The notes beneath the pieces were generated by a model. That model searched no databases and was not told where the DNA came from. It saw nothing but the letters and a program-made list of their open reading frames with translations. This document shows, in pieces, positions 36,801-48,632 of a stretch of 64,000 nucleotides of DNA (its first letter is position 1; each line of letters begins with the position of its first letter). This stretch comes from Haplodiscus bocki. Its lineage: Eukaryota. The DNA lies in assembly GCA_965655095.1 (NCBI GenBank), contig OZ296653.1:26908001-26972000 (forward strand), in the 5' to 3' direction. A program made the translations under genes and the position numbers.

Positions 36801-37935
36801 AAGCCACACTATCCACAACTGTAGACCCTGACCCACTACGTGAAACAGACCGCCCACTTCCCCTCTCACCAACATTTCTCCCAGGCTTTCCACCAATCTT
36901 CAAAAGAATATCCTCCAGCATTCCAAAAGTGGCCAAAGAAACTTCTAATCCGACGGCCCTGGCAAATTGTATCATTTGATCCGAACTCAGTCCGGTCAGT
37001 TGCTGATGCGGATCCAATTGCACAGGCGGATTGTCAGCGAAGCACTCTTTCAACAGGGTCCTTGCAGACTCACTGGGGTAGTATTTCGACCGCCCACCAC
37101 CCAAACCAGGCTGCGCTGTGGCTCCAGAAACAGCTGGAAGATCAGACTCTACAACTTCAAAAACCCACCCCCCACTCAAATTATCGACTCGTCTTCGGGC
37201 AATTGACTCCAACTCTGACGTACCATACTCTGTGTCATCCAGTCGGGAACTACTAGGGAACGACTGCCCAGTATCTGACATACCAATCACAGGATATCTA
37301 TTACACACCGATTTCCCAATTGAGTCTTCCACATCAAATGCCACACTTTTTGAAGGCCGTTCATCTGCCACGTCAAGCTCCCCATCACACAACGGCCGCT
37401 TCATCCCGACACCAATCTCCTGGCCCCCCAACTCCGCACGCAAAATCTTATCCACCTGACTCCTGGGAAATTCATTGTCACCAGTTACCATGCCACGCCC
37501 TGTATTATCCCGATTAACCAGATTCGAATCCAGCAACTCAAGCACTCCAGCAGGATCAACCTCCGCAATACTCTCTATTCCATCACCCCCCAGCGCTTCC
37601 AGTTTATCTCGCAAAAACTTCTGCAGTCCTTCACTTCCTTCGTCACTACTCGACAACAGACACTCTTGACTACCAACAGCAAAACTCTCCTTATCCACAT
37701 TCCCGCGTTCTTCACTCATTGTCTTTTTACCACCCGTCACTTGCAAGACTGCCAAACTTTTCGACGGAGAAGTTCCTGTCTCCTCAATCATCACGATTTC
37801 TACTCCGCTCCTCCGGGGAAGATCGGGGTAGTTCTCACTTTCTTCAGTGTTGCAGTCTTTAGGCACGTTGGATTCGTTCTCTAAACAATGGAAACTGATA
37901 AATTTACGTGGCAACTCGCCAGCATATTCGCCCAT
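33816..37935 (-). CDS. Predicted spliced antisense gene, ~1267 aa, BED zinc finger / hAT-transposase-like; exons 37935-36022, 35840-35355, 35282-35148, 35084-33816
   Basis: Four consecutive minus-strand ORFs are joined in frame by three phase-0 GT-AG introns: TCC|GTACGT..TTTCAG|GGA, ATG|GTAGGT..TTGCAG|GCT, AGG|GTGGGT..TTTTAG|GTT. FYCMLCRRNVSMRSRGLYELKRHFQREHH is a BED-type C2H2 finger. The start codon is uncertain (first ATG used; the frame is open to 37983). Confidence 0.75.
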
Positions 37936-38898
37936 TTCGAAACCGGATATCCGTAGAGGAAACACGTGTTCGTTCAAAATCAAATCTATCGCGTGTTATC
38001 CTAGCAGTGAAGAGAGAAAAATTGCTCTGGCCAAGCAATCAAACTGCCTTCACTCATCAAGTAGTTCTTGATTCGACATATTCCGACATAATAAAAAGTA
38101 TCACAAAACCCAACACTCACCCATTCAGTAACAGCGATGAAATCTCTGGATTCTCTAAGGACGCTGGCTCTGTCTCCAATTTGTTCGAACACAAGTTAGC
38201 AGAATTCCAAAAACAAGTCCAAAACACGTGGTAAAACAAACAATAATCAATTCAATCACAATTCAAAAACAAGATAATCGAATGCAATATCAATTCAAAG
38301 TTAAACAATTTCAAGAGATGAGAGAGTCGTGGCTGTATAATATGGATTTTGTCATATTATGGTCATTATTGACATGATATTTACCTATCTAACTATATCT
38401 ACATATTTACAAGCTGGGTCAACTTCTGCCAGAGTTGCCCAATATTTGACCTTCGGAATTTCCATCTTTACAACTTTCATCAAAACTTCATTCATTTTCT
38501 TTAATTTTCCTTCGCATCATTATGCTTCACGCTCATTGGCTCTCACTGTTACAAAAGGTGAGCTTACACTCATCAAAGTGAAGTGCCGCTTCAGATTCAC
38601 TACCACGGTCACTTACGGTTATTGATGACCACTTGAAATCCAAGAGTCAATACAACTGTGAAATAAATTACTTAATATCAAAACATGATTTCTTTTAACC
38701 TAACCGCCTTAACCCAACCAACCCTCTCAATTCAACGAAAGTCAAAAACCCGCCATATTTTCCCCAAAAAAACCCTTCAGAATTTTACCCAACTTTCATT
38801 CATACTTTCAGTCTTCAACAAAAACGGTCGCTTTACTTCAAAACTTAGTTTATTCAATCACGGCACTGAAACATTTCAAGAAAAGAGCCTTCGCACAT

Positions 38899-39681
38899 AT
38901 GACTACCACATTCCGTATAGAAGGAGATGAAGAGCCCATGGCAACGGAGCCGATATATCTCTCAAGCGATGAGAGCGAATATTCGACTCCCAACACAACT
39001 CCAGATCACCAACTTGAATGCATTCATCCTGACTCGATCAACCAGTTGATAGCCTCACAACTGGAACAACGGTCAAATATGGGCGCAGAGACCATCGTCT
39101 ACCCGCCAACCCCAAACACGTCTATAATCTCTGCCGACGACGACCCAATGAACCCCACTCCAATAATTGGAAACCCTGATCACTATACGCCTCAGATCCC
39201 ACCCAGACGCCATCACCCAATACAACTTTGCCAACATGTGCAACCTATCCCCGATACGCCGCAATCTCCAACCCCGGAAGATCGTGGGCAGTCAGACGAC
39301 TTCTATCCCGACAATATCCCACTACACAACCCCCCCAATATTGTAGCAGTAGCAGACGACTTGCACAACCTAACATTACACCCTCATCCGCACCGTAACG
39401 AAGTGGTTACAAGTTGTTTGGTATGTGGCAAATCATACGACCAGGTGATCGAAGAAACTGTTGCAGACTACCTCGATCAGACATCACAAACGGGTGAGAC
39501 AGTGCGGGAACGACAAATCAAGAGAAATGCATTCATCGATGGCGTTCAGAGCGGAGTCTTCACTTTTATCCTCCCGGGAGTGTCGCAGGCTGCCGCCTGT
39601 GACGGCATGATCTACTCCGTCAATTACAACGGGCAGAACTCAGTCACACAGAGCTACGCTCTGCCCTTATTTGAAGACTAA
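38899..39681 (+). CDS. Accessory ORF3 (260 aa; Pro/acidic low-complexity N-terminus, CLVC motif), terminating 101 nt inside the 3' LTR
   Basis: ATG-initiated open frame followed by AATAAA at 39701. The C-terminal SQAAACDG..Y..NY...LPLFED peptide is conserved in the family-B LTR. Confidence 0.7.
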   Translation: MTTTFRIEGDEEPMATEPIYLSSDESEYSTPNTTPDHQLECIHPDSINQLIASQLEQRSNMGAETIVYPPTPNTSIISADDDPMNPTPIIGNPDHYTPQIPPRRHHPIQLCQHVQPIPDTPQSPTPEDRGQSDDFYPDNIPLHNPPNIVAVADDLHNLTLHPHPHRNEVVTSCLVCGKSYDQVIEETVADYLDQTSQTGETVRERQIKRNAFIDGVQSGVFTFILPGVSQAAACDGMIYSVNYNGQNSVTQSYALPLFED

Positions 39682-41541
39682 TATAATAGAACTAGCCTTT
39701 AATAAACCGCTGGATAAAAACCCCCCACCACTTTGAAGTTATATTTTTATATATACTTATATACTAATATATAAATATATATATATAATCTTACAAATAT
39801 TTATGTATTTATGCGCAAAATCCATACAAATATCGATGAAGCTTGTATCATGAAGGAAAGGTCATAGACAAATGTTTATAGTGCTCAACTTATTTGCAGT
39901 CTTATACTCAAATTTGATTGGTCAAAGACAAGCGATCGTATCAAACACTGACCAAACAGAAGCGCCGCCTAAACATGGTCAAAATTGGTCACTGGGACCT
40001 AATTTTGACCACTTTGCTCAGTGCCAGTGGTCGCTTCCAAACGAAAGGCGAAATACGGCCAAATGAAACCAGAAAGCCAATGTATGAACAGACATAATTA
40101 AAAATGTTGCTATGTACTTATATAAACATATAATTATGTGATTATGTGTTATAAAATTATTTAGTGCCAATAATTATTAAATCCTGAGTGAAAAATATTA
40201 CCTAGTCAAAAGACGGTCATAGTGCCCACTTTTGACCACCATACTTTGACCTAAAACTAAAACCTGTGTATAAACCTTAATATTAATATCATTGCCATAT
40301 TTAGTATATTATAACTATATTTAACCATCCATTATATGAAATAAGCATGCAAACATGGTTTTATTATCCCTGAACATTTATCCAGTTTCCATGACCATAT
40401 TTTGGTGGTCATGATTTTGCGGCATATATTCTTTGATGCTATCCATATTACTATTTTTAAAACTAACGTCATGATGACGAAACATATATTTCGGGTTAAA
40501 CCTCTTTGATGTTGTTTATATTACTATTTTTAAAACTGACGTCATGATGACGAAACATAGTTCGGGTTGAACCCCCTTTGATGTTTAATATAAATAGAAC
40601 CCGAGGACATGACGTCAAAGAAGTGAGCCCTCCAATTGGACAGCGAAGATGAGGAAAAGGGGGCGAACCTGAAAGAAAAATCATCGCCAGAAGAGTGTTT
40701 TTCCATCCTGAAAACAGTTCACTGTAACGATCATTTAAACTGATGCAATTTATTTGTGGATTATCTGTATTGTAAGAGAAGAAAACTGCCCTCTTCAAAA
40801 CAGACGATTATAATACTCTTTGAAACTGACATTATTCTTTGTCCCTGTTAAAACCCTTTACAAACATTGTAACTTGAAGTATCATTTCATTTTTGTGTCA
40901 CTGTTGACTTTCGCTGTTATTACAATTCAGTTATTAAACAAACATGGTTTCTACCAGAAAGAAAAGGCAGTCAAGCAAAAGACTCCTCAACCAATTAGAT
41001 GATTTTGATCAGGACGTGATCATTGGCAACACCACAAGCGAGAGGCCAGAAAATGTTGTGGTCAATGGGGGTGTTGATGACCAGGATTTTACCGGTGGTA
41101 CTTCTAATGTTAGTTCAATAGTTAATGAGAACGCATTGAATGTGAAAACTTTGGAAAGGTGTTTTAACGAAAGGATTGATAGGGAAATGAGCAATATTGT
41201 GGACACAGTTGAAGATAGGATACAGAATGCGGTTTTGACCGCCATTGATAACATTGTCACTCCTAAAATTGAATTAGCTATTAGGTCAATAAATGCATCC
41301 TCTGGACGAGATGTGACCAGTGCGTCTGGAAACTCAGAACGTAGGGAATATGAGGGGATTAACGCCTCTTTTGAAAACGCATCTGCAAACAACAGAACAT
41401 TAGGTATGGCTAATACGAACGATGAAACTCGCCACGATTTTCATGACGGAGTGAGCGAATTACCGGTCTTAGAGGCACAGTTTGACCGGCAACTACCTAC
41501 TCACCACATGCCGTCAGGAGCTAGTAGCGAAGTTCATCACA
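39581..41541 (+). repeat. 3' LTR of family A element
   Basis: Direct repeat of 25099-27059, followed immediately by the TSD ACGTC. Confidence 0.95.
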
Positions 41542-41552
41542 ACGTCCATTAG
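40944..41552 (+). pseudogene. Gag N-terminal ~199 codons carried by the 3' LTR, running into flanking DNA and stopping after NVH
   Basis: Near-identical to Gag residues 1-199; diverges exactly at the LTR end. Confidence 0.85.
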
Positions 41553-42498
41553 CTTTCGAAGTCTTCACTTCCTGTGGGTAATTCACTCATCAGATCGCAG
41601 CTTTTGATTAAAATTTCACAAAAAATTAGTTCGAGTTCTACGGGAAGTGAAAGAAGACTAGAATGTAAATTTCGCAATCACAAAGGGTACATGAAAGCGA
41701 ATTCAAAAGCAGTGGTGATTAGACAAAATTTACTTGATACAATTAAAACGGATATTGTAATGATCAGGGTACAATCTAACTCGAGTCTACCTTACCAACA
41801 ATAAGGTGGCGAAGTGGATGAAATTGAAATGTCAGAGTTTGTTTACATTGTCAAAGATAAATGTTCAATTGCAAATATTGAAATTGTGAATACGTAATTT
41901 GAAGAAAGGATCAGCATTCGGATCCGTTCCCTTATCTCGGTTATCTGCACAAGGGTTTTTGAATACAACAATAACGCAGCTGGTAACCAAAAATTTCTTT
42001 CCCTAGTTTTCTCAGTGTTCTTCGCAAATCCCATTATCGGTCCACAGGATGCACCAGGCATTTGGAGGCTCCTCTGGTCTTCCACTTTCAGAGCGAGGTC
42101 TCGAGGATTTTCCCTATTAATTGATCAAAACGCATTTTTCCAGGCGAAACACGAGCGCCTAAGTTGTCTTCGTTCTCAACATATCGACGTTTTCTCGACC
42201 TGATTTTGCAATTATCAAAACAAAATTTTCAACTCGTTTCTGTGATCCCAGTTTTTGTTGTTATATTTTTTACTTGAACTTTTTTGTCATTTTTTGAACG
42301 CTTCCAACGATCTGCTTCTCTTTCTGTGTTCCCAACAAGTTTTCTATTGGTGCAATGTCCTTTTCAGAAGTCGAAAGGGAAGGAACATTGACGGATAAAT
42401 ATCGTCAGCAATACAGTCTAAAAATACACCAAAAATCAAGCATGCTACATGATAACTGAAAATCGAAACTTTTCCATGAAAATTTTCTTCTCATTGAT

Positions 42499-43560
42499 CT
42501 CGATCGTATTTCTGATAATAGGGGCGTAGAAGGTTGGAAGATAATGGTTGGCTTCAAGGTATGTGGTAAGCCTGTTTACAGCATTGCCAAAATTGGCTCA
42601 ATTCGACTCAGTGTGGTGGATACGGTGGATTTCGCCTTCTACGTTTGGTTTACATTTGGTGGGGGCACAAGCAAAATAGGACAGGTATACACCTGTGTCA
42701 GAGGGCTTCGTGTACCAGTATAAGCTCAACCTGTTTTGGCTGCGGGTAACCAGCAAGACCAGAAAAGCAAGTTCGCTGTGTGTTTCATGCTCAATTGTGA
42801 ATTCAAGATTCAGATGGAGCGTGTTAGCTGTCTTGAACACGTTTTCAACCTCGTCGCGTCTTACCGACCGTATAATGTTGTCCACATAACGTGCGAATAT
42901 CTTCGCTGGAACAGAAAGGGGGTTCAACCATGTTCCAATGGGGTGTTGTTTGCGAGCATCTTCACGTCCATTCGCATTCTATTGATCTTCGAAGTTCCGA
43001 AATCGAGAGCCTGGTGCATCGGCGGTGAAACCAATCACCGCAAATGCAACATTGAACTGAATTACCTCCAACGTTTCCGCTGCATGCCCCGCATGGAAAA
43101 AGCACATTTGCCACGATTGGGAAAGCTGTCCCGGGTCTGTCATTCTGCATGAAATTTCCTCTTCCTGCAATCACAGTTCCAAACTGTTTCATCCAAATGT
43201 TTGCCTGGTAAACAGCAAGTTTTGACCCCATCGGCAATCAATCTATTTGCGAGCTTTGCCCAATTCAGCCTTCAAGAGGCGTCTCTGGAAATTCTGCACA
43301 ATGGGGGGCTCGAAACACCCGTTTTTTGGGATCCGGAATCTAAGAAAATTCGGGATCACATCGTTGATCAAACACTCTTCCAAAAAAAATGCACAGCTCA
43401 GTGTTTTGTGTCGTCTGATTGCATTTTTGATACGCCGAGAAAAGATTCCACTTTTTGCATAGGAACAATGTCTTTTTCAGAAATCGAAAGCGAAGAAACA
43501 TTGACGGATAAATATCATCAGCAATGCAGTCTAAAAAAACACCAAAAATCAAGCATGCTA
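42499..43560 (-). mobile_element. Second copy of the Penelope-like RT remnant with PHD finger (lacks the GIY-YIG part)
   Basis: Same ORFs as 3731-4687 (PMGSKLAV, CGAC..WFHRRC, RYVDN). Confidence 0.85.
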
Positions 43561-45858
43561 CCGGAATTTTTTCAGAACAATTCCGGAAATTTTTCGCTCA
43601 AAGTCCGAAAACGATCAAGAATGAACAAAATTTTTACGAGTTAAAGTATGTGGAAGTCCTCCTCCGAACACATAGAACTGCTTTGACAACCCCGCTGACA
43701 CCTAACCGCTCAAATTCCGGAAATATTTGTAGGTTCATGAATTTTGTTTCAAAAGTTTGTCCCCGATCCTCTGGGTGCACAATATTCTTTTTCAACATTT
43801 CAATCAAAAGTTGTTTTACCCAAAGTCCCAAAAGACTTCGCTGAAAGCCCAACAAAAATTATGAGCTTGTCGTTTGTTCTCGATTGCATCCCAGAACTTT
43901 CTTCTTGACACGTAGAAAGCAATTGTGACCATCTTGCAGTAACATTGTTGTCAACCGGCTGAAGATAACTGAAAATCGAAATTTTTCCAAGAAAATTTTC
44001 TTCTCATTGTTTCTGTGGAGAGGTTGAATGCAGTTTTGAAAACCCTTCCTAGAAATTTTAGCCTAATGTTTGTAAACTTTCTGATCAGAAACGAATAGTT
44101 TTTGACTCAGAGTCCGAAAAAGAACAACAGTTCAACGGGAATTTTTGAGAAAATTCATTCAAACTTTTCCCCCGGACACTTAGACGGCATTTTTAACAAA
44201 AACAGCTGAAAAAAATTCTTCCATAGTACGAAAAATTATGAGTTTTTAGAAAAAATAAACCTTCGAAAAAGTTCTCCATGACTATTAGAACGCAGTTTTG
44301 ACAACACCAATTCATAATTCTTTGCTCGAAGTCCCAAAAAGTATTGGTTCGCATTTCTTCGAGTTTTTTCCTAAAAATATTCCACTGGAAATGTAGGAAT
44401 CAATTTTCAGAACACTACCAAAAAACTTCCTTGCCCGAAGTGCGAAAAAATTTTGAGTATCAAAAACTTCTGGGCTGAAAAGGTCCTTCTGTGTTCTTTG
44501 AAATTTTTGGTGAGAACCCCAGCGAAACAGCGGAATTTTCTTCTGCGCAACGCCAGAATAAATTTCTAATTTTTCAGATTTTCTCAAAAAAATGTTTTAT
44601 GAAAGTCAGTTTTCAGAATAACAGTCTTTGTCCAAAATCGAACATTCTGAGCTAATATCGAGCCTCCTTGCACCCCAGGGTACCTATGTTTTTCTTGAAG
44701 TTCGAGGCAAGTACCTTTTTGTGCCATTTCGTATCAAACGTCGACAGAGATCATAGCAGCGCTGCTGCACCTCTTGTAAATGTCTATACTCGAGCGTACC
44801 GAAGGCCTCACTCAAATCTTTTTAAGGGCTTTATTTCATTTTTTTTCGTCTGGAACTGCATTTTATTTCTTTTAATATAGCCAATGCGTCAACAGTAGAT
44901 TGTTTTCAACGAAAATCGAATTTCTTGTCATAGAAAAACTAAATATTTCCGTGTATGGGTACAACCTTTCATACAGTATTTTTTCCAAGATTTCAAATAT
45001 ATTCGAGCAAGAATACAAGTCAATGGTTGTTCTAATCGTTTGCAGGGCTTGCCTTATATCAGGGAAGAATTCTGATACCTTTCAAACGCTCGGGAAAACG
45101 CCAGTCACCAAGGAAAAATACCTTTTATTTTAAATGGGGTGTAAACCTCAGCCTCACTTTTCCGTAACAGTACATTGTTTTTTTCATCAATCTCGCTCGA
45201 TTGCTTGTTTTCCAAACATATAGTAATTTTAACGCATTTTTCGTGCGGAGTCTGAGGCAAACGTATAGTGTGATTGACCTTTCTTACAGCAACTGAAGCA
45301 ATATTAACTTTCTTGTTCATCGGCTCTGATACTTTCGAACCGAGTGACAAAGTGTTTATTGACATGAAGTTTCTGTCCTTAGAATTGACAAACTTTCTCC
45401 CGTAGTTTCTAGGCTTGTCATTTCTTATTCTTATCACTTTTTCTACGGAGTTTGCGAATTAATTTGAATACTCCCCTGGAATCCCTAAAACATTTTTGAA
45501 TCTTTCGAAAAATTGGTTTTGTCGCAGGCTGCCGCCTGTGACGGCCAAGTCTACACGATGAACTATAGCAATACACAGGCAGGTACACAAACCAACTTAT
45601 TGCCCTTGTTTGAAGACAAAAATTTTCTAAAATCCTATTAAAGGTAAATGCTGGACAGATCCCCCCCCTTTAGAGAATACACTTTACCTACATTTATAAA
45701 CTTACGTATATTTATATTCCTAGATACATATTTGATTAGTGTGTAAATTCCATACTAACAGCAAGAGCGCTAGCATCAATTGGGAAAGCAAATCAAACGA
45801 ATATTTACAATACTTAACTAATGAACAAATACTGTACTGGAACCTGATTGGTAAAAAC
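42499..45858 (+). repeat. Segmental duplication unit X, copy 2 (Penelope remnant, LINE remnant, family-B LTR start)
   Basis: Direct copy of 3631-6990, near-identical in the Penelope part and more diverged distally. Confidence 0.9.
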
Positions 45859-48632
45859 AAATCAATTCAGCCAAAATTTTGACCAACTAGAAGCAATACT
45901 AGCGAGTGGTCAAAAGTTGGTCAGAGAGACCCCGATTTTGACCAGTTTGATCAAAACAAGCGGTCACCCCCAATTAGAAAGACAAAGGACGGCAAATCAA
46001 AACCACCTTGACCAGAAACCAACCCCCTCTGTCGAATGAACTCATAAATGCTATCCTGACTTACTATATAATTACAGATTTAAATAACGTCTCATTTTAA
46101 CCCATCCAGTGCTTATTGTCAACAAATCCCCAGCAAATATCACAAACGGTCACAAGACGGTACGTACCAATGACCGTCTTAGGCCCACTAAACACTATTA
46201 GTAACTTTACCCAATGGATATGCATTATTATTAAAGTATAGATCATGAATAGTGCTCTGTAATATTATTCTGATCATGTATCAACATTACTGAATGAATG
46301 TGGAAATAAACAAGCTCTAATGACATGAAACTCCTTTTTACTATTTTAACCATGTCAAACAACATCAAATGTGAGTTAACCACCGCCATGGGGTTCCTGG
46401 AATTACCATGACGTTTTGATGACATTCTATGCCCATGTAATCAATTTCCATAAAGTTTAAATCTAATTCCTTGATATAATTTAGAATGCCATAACCAATT
46501 TTGCGTGTCATCATTTTTCGGTGCAACTCTCTTTGGAAGTACAAAGGTGGTGCTAATTTCAATATGATGACACGATGATGTCATGAAACGAGCGGTTCAA
46601 CTGCCTTGATGTGTGATATTTTTGTAGTTGCAGGTATGACGTCAACAGACTAGAAGATACGATTGACTGACGAAATTGGGGTAAAGACATGAACTTCTCA
46701 CCCGAGGTCGACAAAAACACTTTCTTCAGATGAACAGAAATCACCTTGGAAAACATTTGCTCAAACATATGATCTTGAACGTCCAAACAAAAATGTTGAC
46801 CAAAACTTTCATTCAACCTGCTCATATTTTTTCCAAACTAATAAACTTTTAGTAGTTTCTGCATTTCAAATTCTCGTTACATTGTTGTATTGTTATTGAT
46901 ATTGCTATTTCAAGCACAATTGAGTTATTAAAGCAAACATGGTTTCTACTCGCAGGCGAAGACAGTCAAACAGAAGTCATATCAGTCAGTTAGACGACTT
47001 CGATCAAGATATCATTATTGGCAACATTGTGAGTCAAATGCAAGAAAGTGCTACGGTCAATGAAGGTACTGGTGACCAGGATTTTACCGTTGGTACTTCT
47101 GGCAACAATTTAATGTGTAATGGAATTACGGTGAATGTGAAAACGTTGGAAAGATGTCAAAATCAAAGAATTGACAGGGAAATGGGTAATATTGTTGAAA
47201 CGGTTGAAAACAGACTCCAAATCGCAACTTCGATGGCAATTGATAATATCATTGGTCCCAAGATTGAATTGGTGCTTAGGTCAAAAAATTGCTTCTTCTG
47301 GACAGGATATGGCCAGCACAAGAAAAAAATCAGAACGTGAGGAAGGGGTAGGGACTACTGCTGCTTTTGAAAAAGCATCTGAAAACAATAATGTGTTACA
47401 TATATCATGAAAGAATGATGAGACTCGAAACAATATTTTAGACGAGGTAGGTGAATTGTCGGTCACAGGAACACGTATCGACCGGTAATCTCAGACTCAT
47501 CAATTGGTAGCAGGAAAAACAGCCCAAACAAATATAATCCCTGCATTCCGTACTGGGCGCATTTTAACACCACACAATCCACCATCAGGCCAAATTCAGA
47601 ACCTGTCATCACAAGTATCACTAGACAACAATTTATCAAAGGTTGAAAAAAACACCAAGAAATCAAAACTCAGACGCAAACAATTCCATTAACCCTCTGG
47701 CTTACGCAAACGCAGGAATTGCAATCATATAACGACCACAAGCAGCTACAATGCTAAAACCAGTATCCGCAAAGATATTGATTCTTCGTGAAAAAAAACG
47801 AGAAATTTGAACTTTTTGAAGACCTATTTCCGCAATGCTCAAAGTAAAATTAGGATGACGGAGGCGATGAAAATTAACCTTTTGCATGTACATTTACGAA
47901 AAAAGAGCACTTCAAACTTTGAGAACGATAGGTTCATTAAACAAGAAAACTCTCGATGACGTGCTAATTGTGTTTCCCCGAAAATATGACAAACCAGAAA
48001 CAGAAGCTACTGCCTAACATAATGGCACAAACTCACGATGGATCCCAACACAAAATCGTTGTCTGACAACGTAGAGGAGCTCAGCGAATGTGCTGAAAGA
48101 GCGTCTGGTGACAACGCCCAACTTTTGATCGACATCTTACTCTACGCAAAACTGCCATCCATTTTGAAACGATCACTCGATTGAGCCTAACTCGAAAATG
48201 GCACACACCATCAGATTTTCGCACATATCGAAGGAAAACTTGAAATCAGTGGTTTGGAGAATGTTGCAGAATTTTCAATATCCACAAGGACGGCTGTACC
48301 TCCAAATGATAATCAACAAAACACCGAACAAAATATAATCGTATGCCAATTTTGTATAAAACTAGTCCACGTTATTAGAAATTGCCGCAAAAGGATGAAA
48401 AAGGAACAGAAGCAAAGAAATAACCCTTCGATGCAAAATACGAAACCATCAGCATCTAGATCATTTTCGTTCTGTCCTCTTTTTTAACGAACAAATGATC
48501 CTCCAGAAAAACGCTGGAGCGGTCCCAATGCTGCTAATAGACCCAAACGGTTCAGACAAGAACATCCAGCAGACAATCGGAACAAAGTGCAAGAACTAGG
48601 AACTTTGAATCATTCAGGACCTATATCAACAC
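45520..48632 (+). mobile_element. Decayed Gypsy family B (sister of family A): 5' LTR (~45520-47502), PBS-like TGGTAGCAGGA (~47505) and gag pseudogene (46939-~48630)
   Basis: Same LTR start. MVSTRRRRQSNRSHISQLDDFDQD is homologous to family A Gag, with many stops and frameshifts. Similarity ends just before the gag/pol slippery site. Confidence 0.88.

Larger units (their letters stand above)
25099..41541 (+). mobile_element. Full-length Ty3/Gypsy LTR retrotransposon (family A), 16.4 kb
   Basis: Two 1961-bp LTRs (TGT...ACA), 5-bp TSD ACGTC at 25094-25098 and 41542-41546, TGG primer site abutting the 5' LTR, and domain order gag-PR-RT-RH-IN. Confidence 0.97.
8700..42496. repeat. Giant fold-back (inverted duplication) centred at ~15230; right arm expanded by tandem repeats and interrupted by the LTR element
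   Basis: Mirror-image ORF pairs: 14920-/15344+, 14385+/15770-, 13795+/16351-, 11998+/18370-, 11176+/19245-, 9938-/20134+, 9393-/41574+, 9112+/41843-, 8994-/42015+. Confidence 0.9.

Noticed and set aside
34609-37884. Plus-strand short ORFs opposite the antisense gene, and minus-strand ORFs opposite gag, pol and BBS5
   Set aside because: Shadow frames of longer coding sequences on the other strand.
40944-41552. Start of a second tandem element or independent gene
   Set aside because: It lies wholly within the 3' LTR, which ends at 41541 with the matching TSD.
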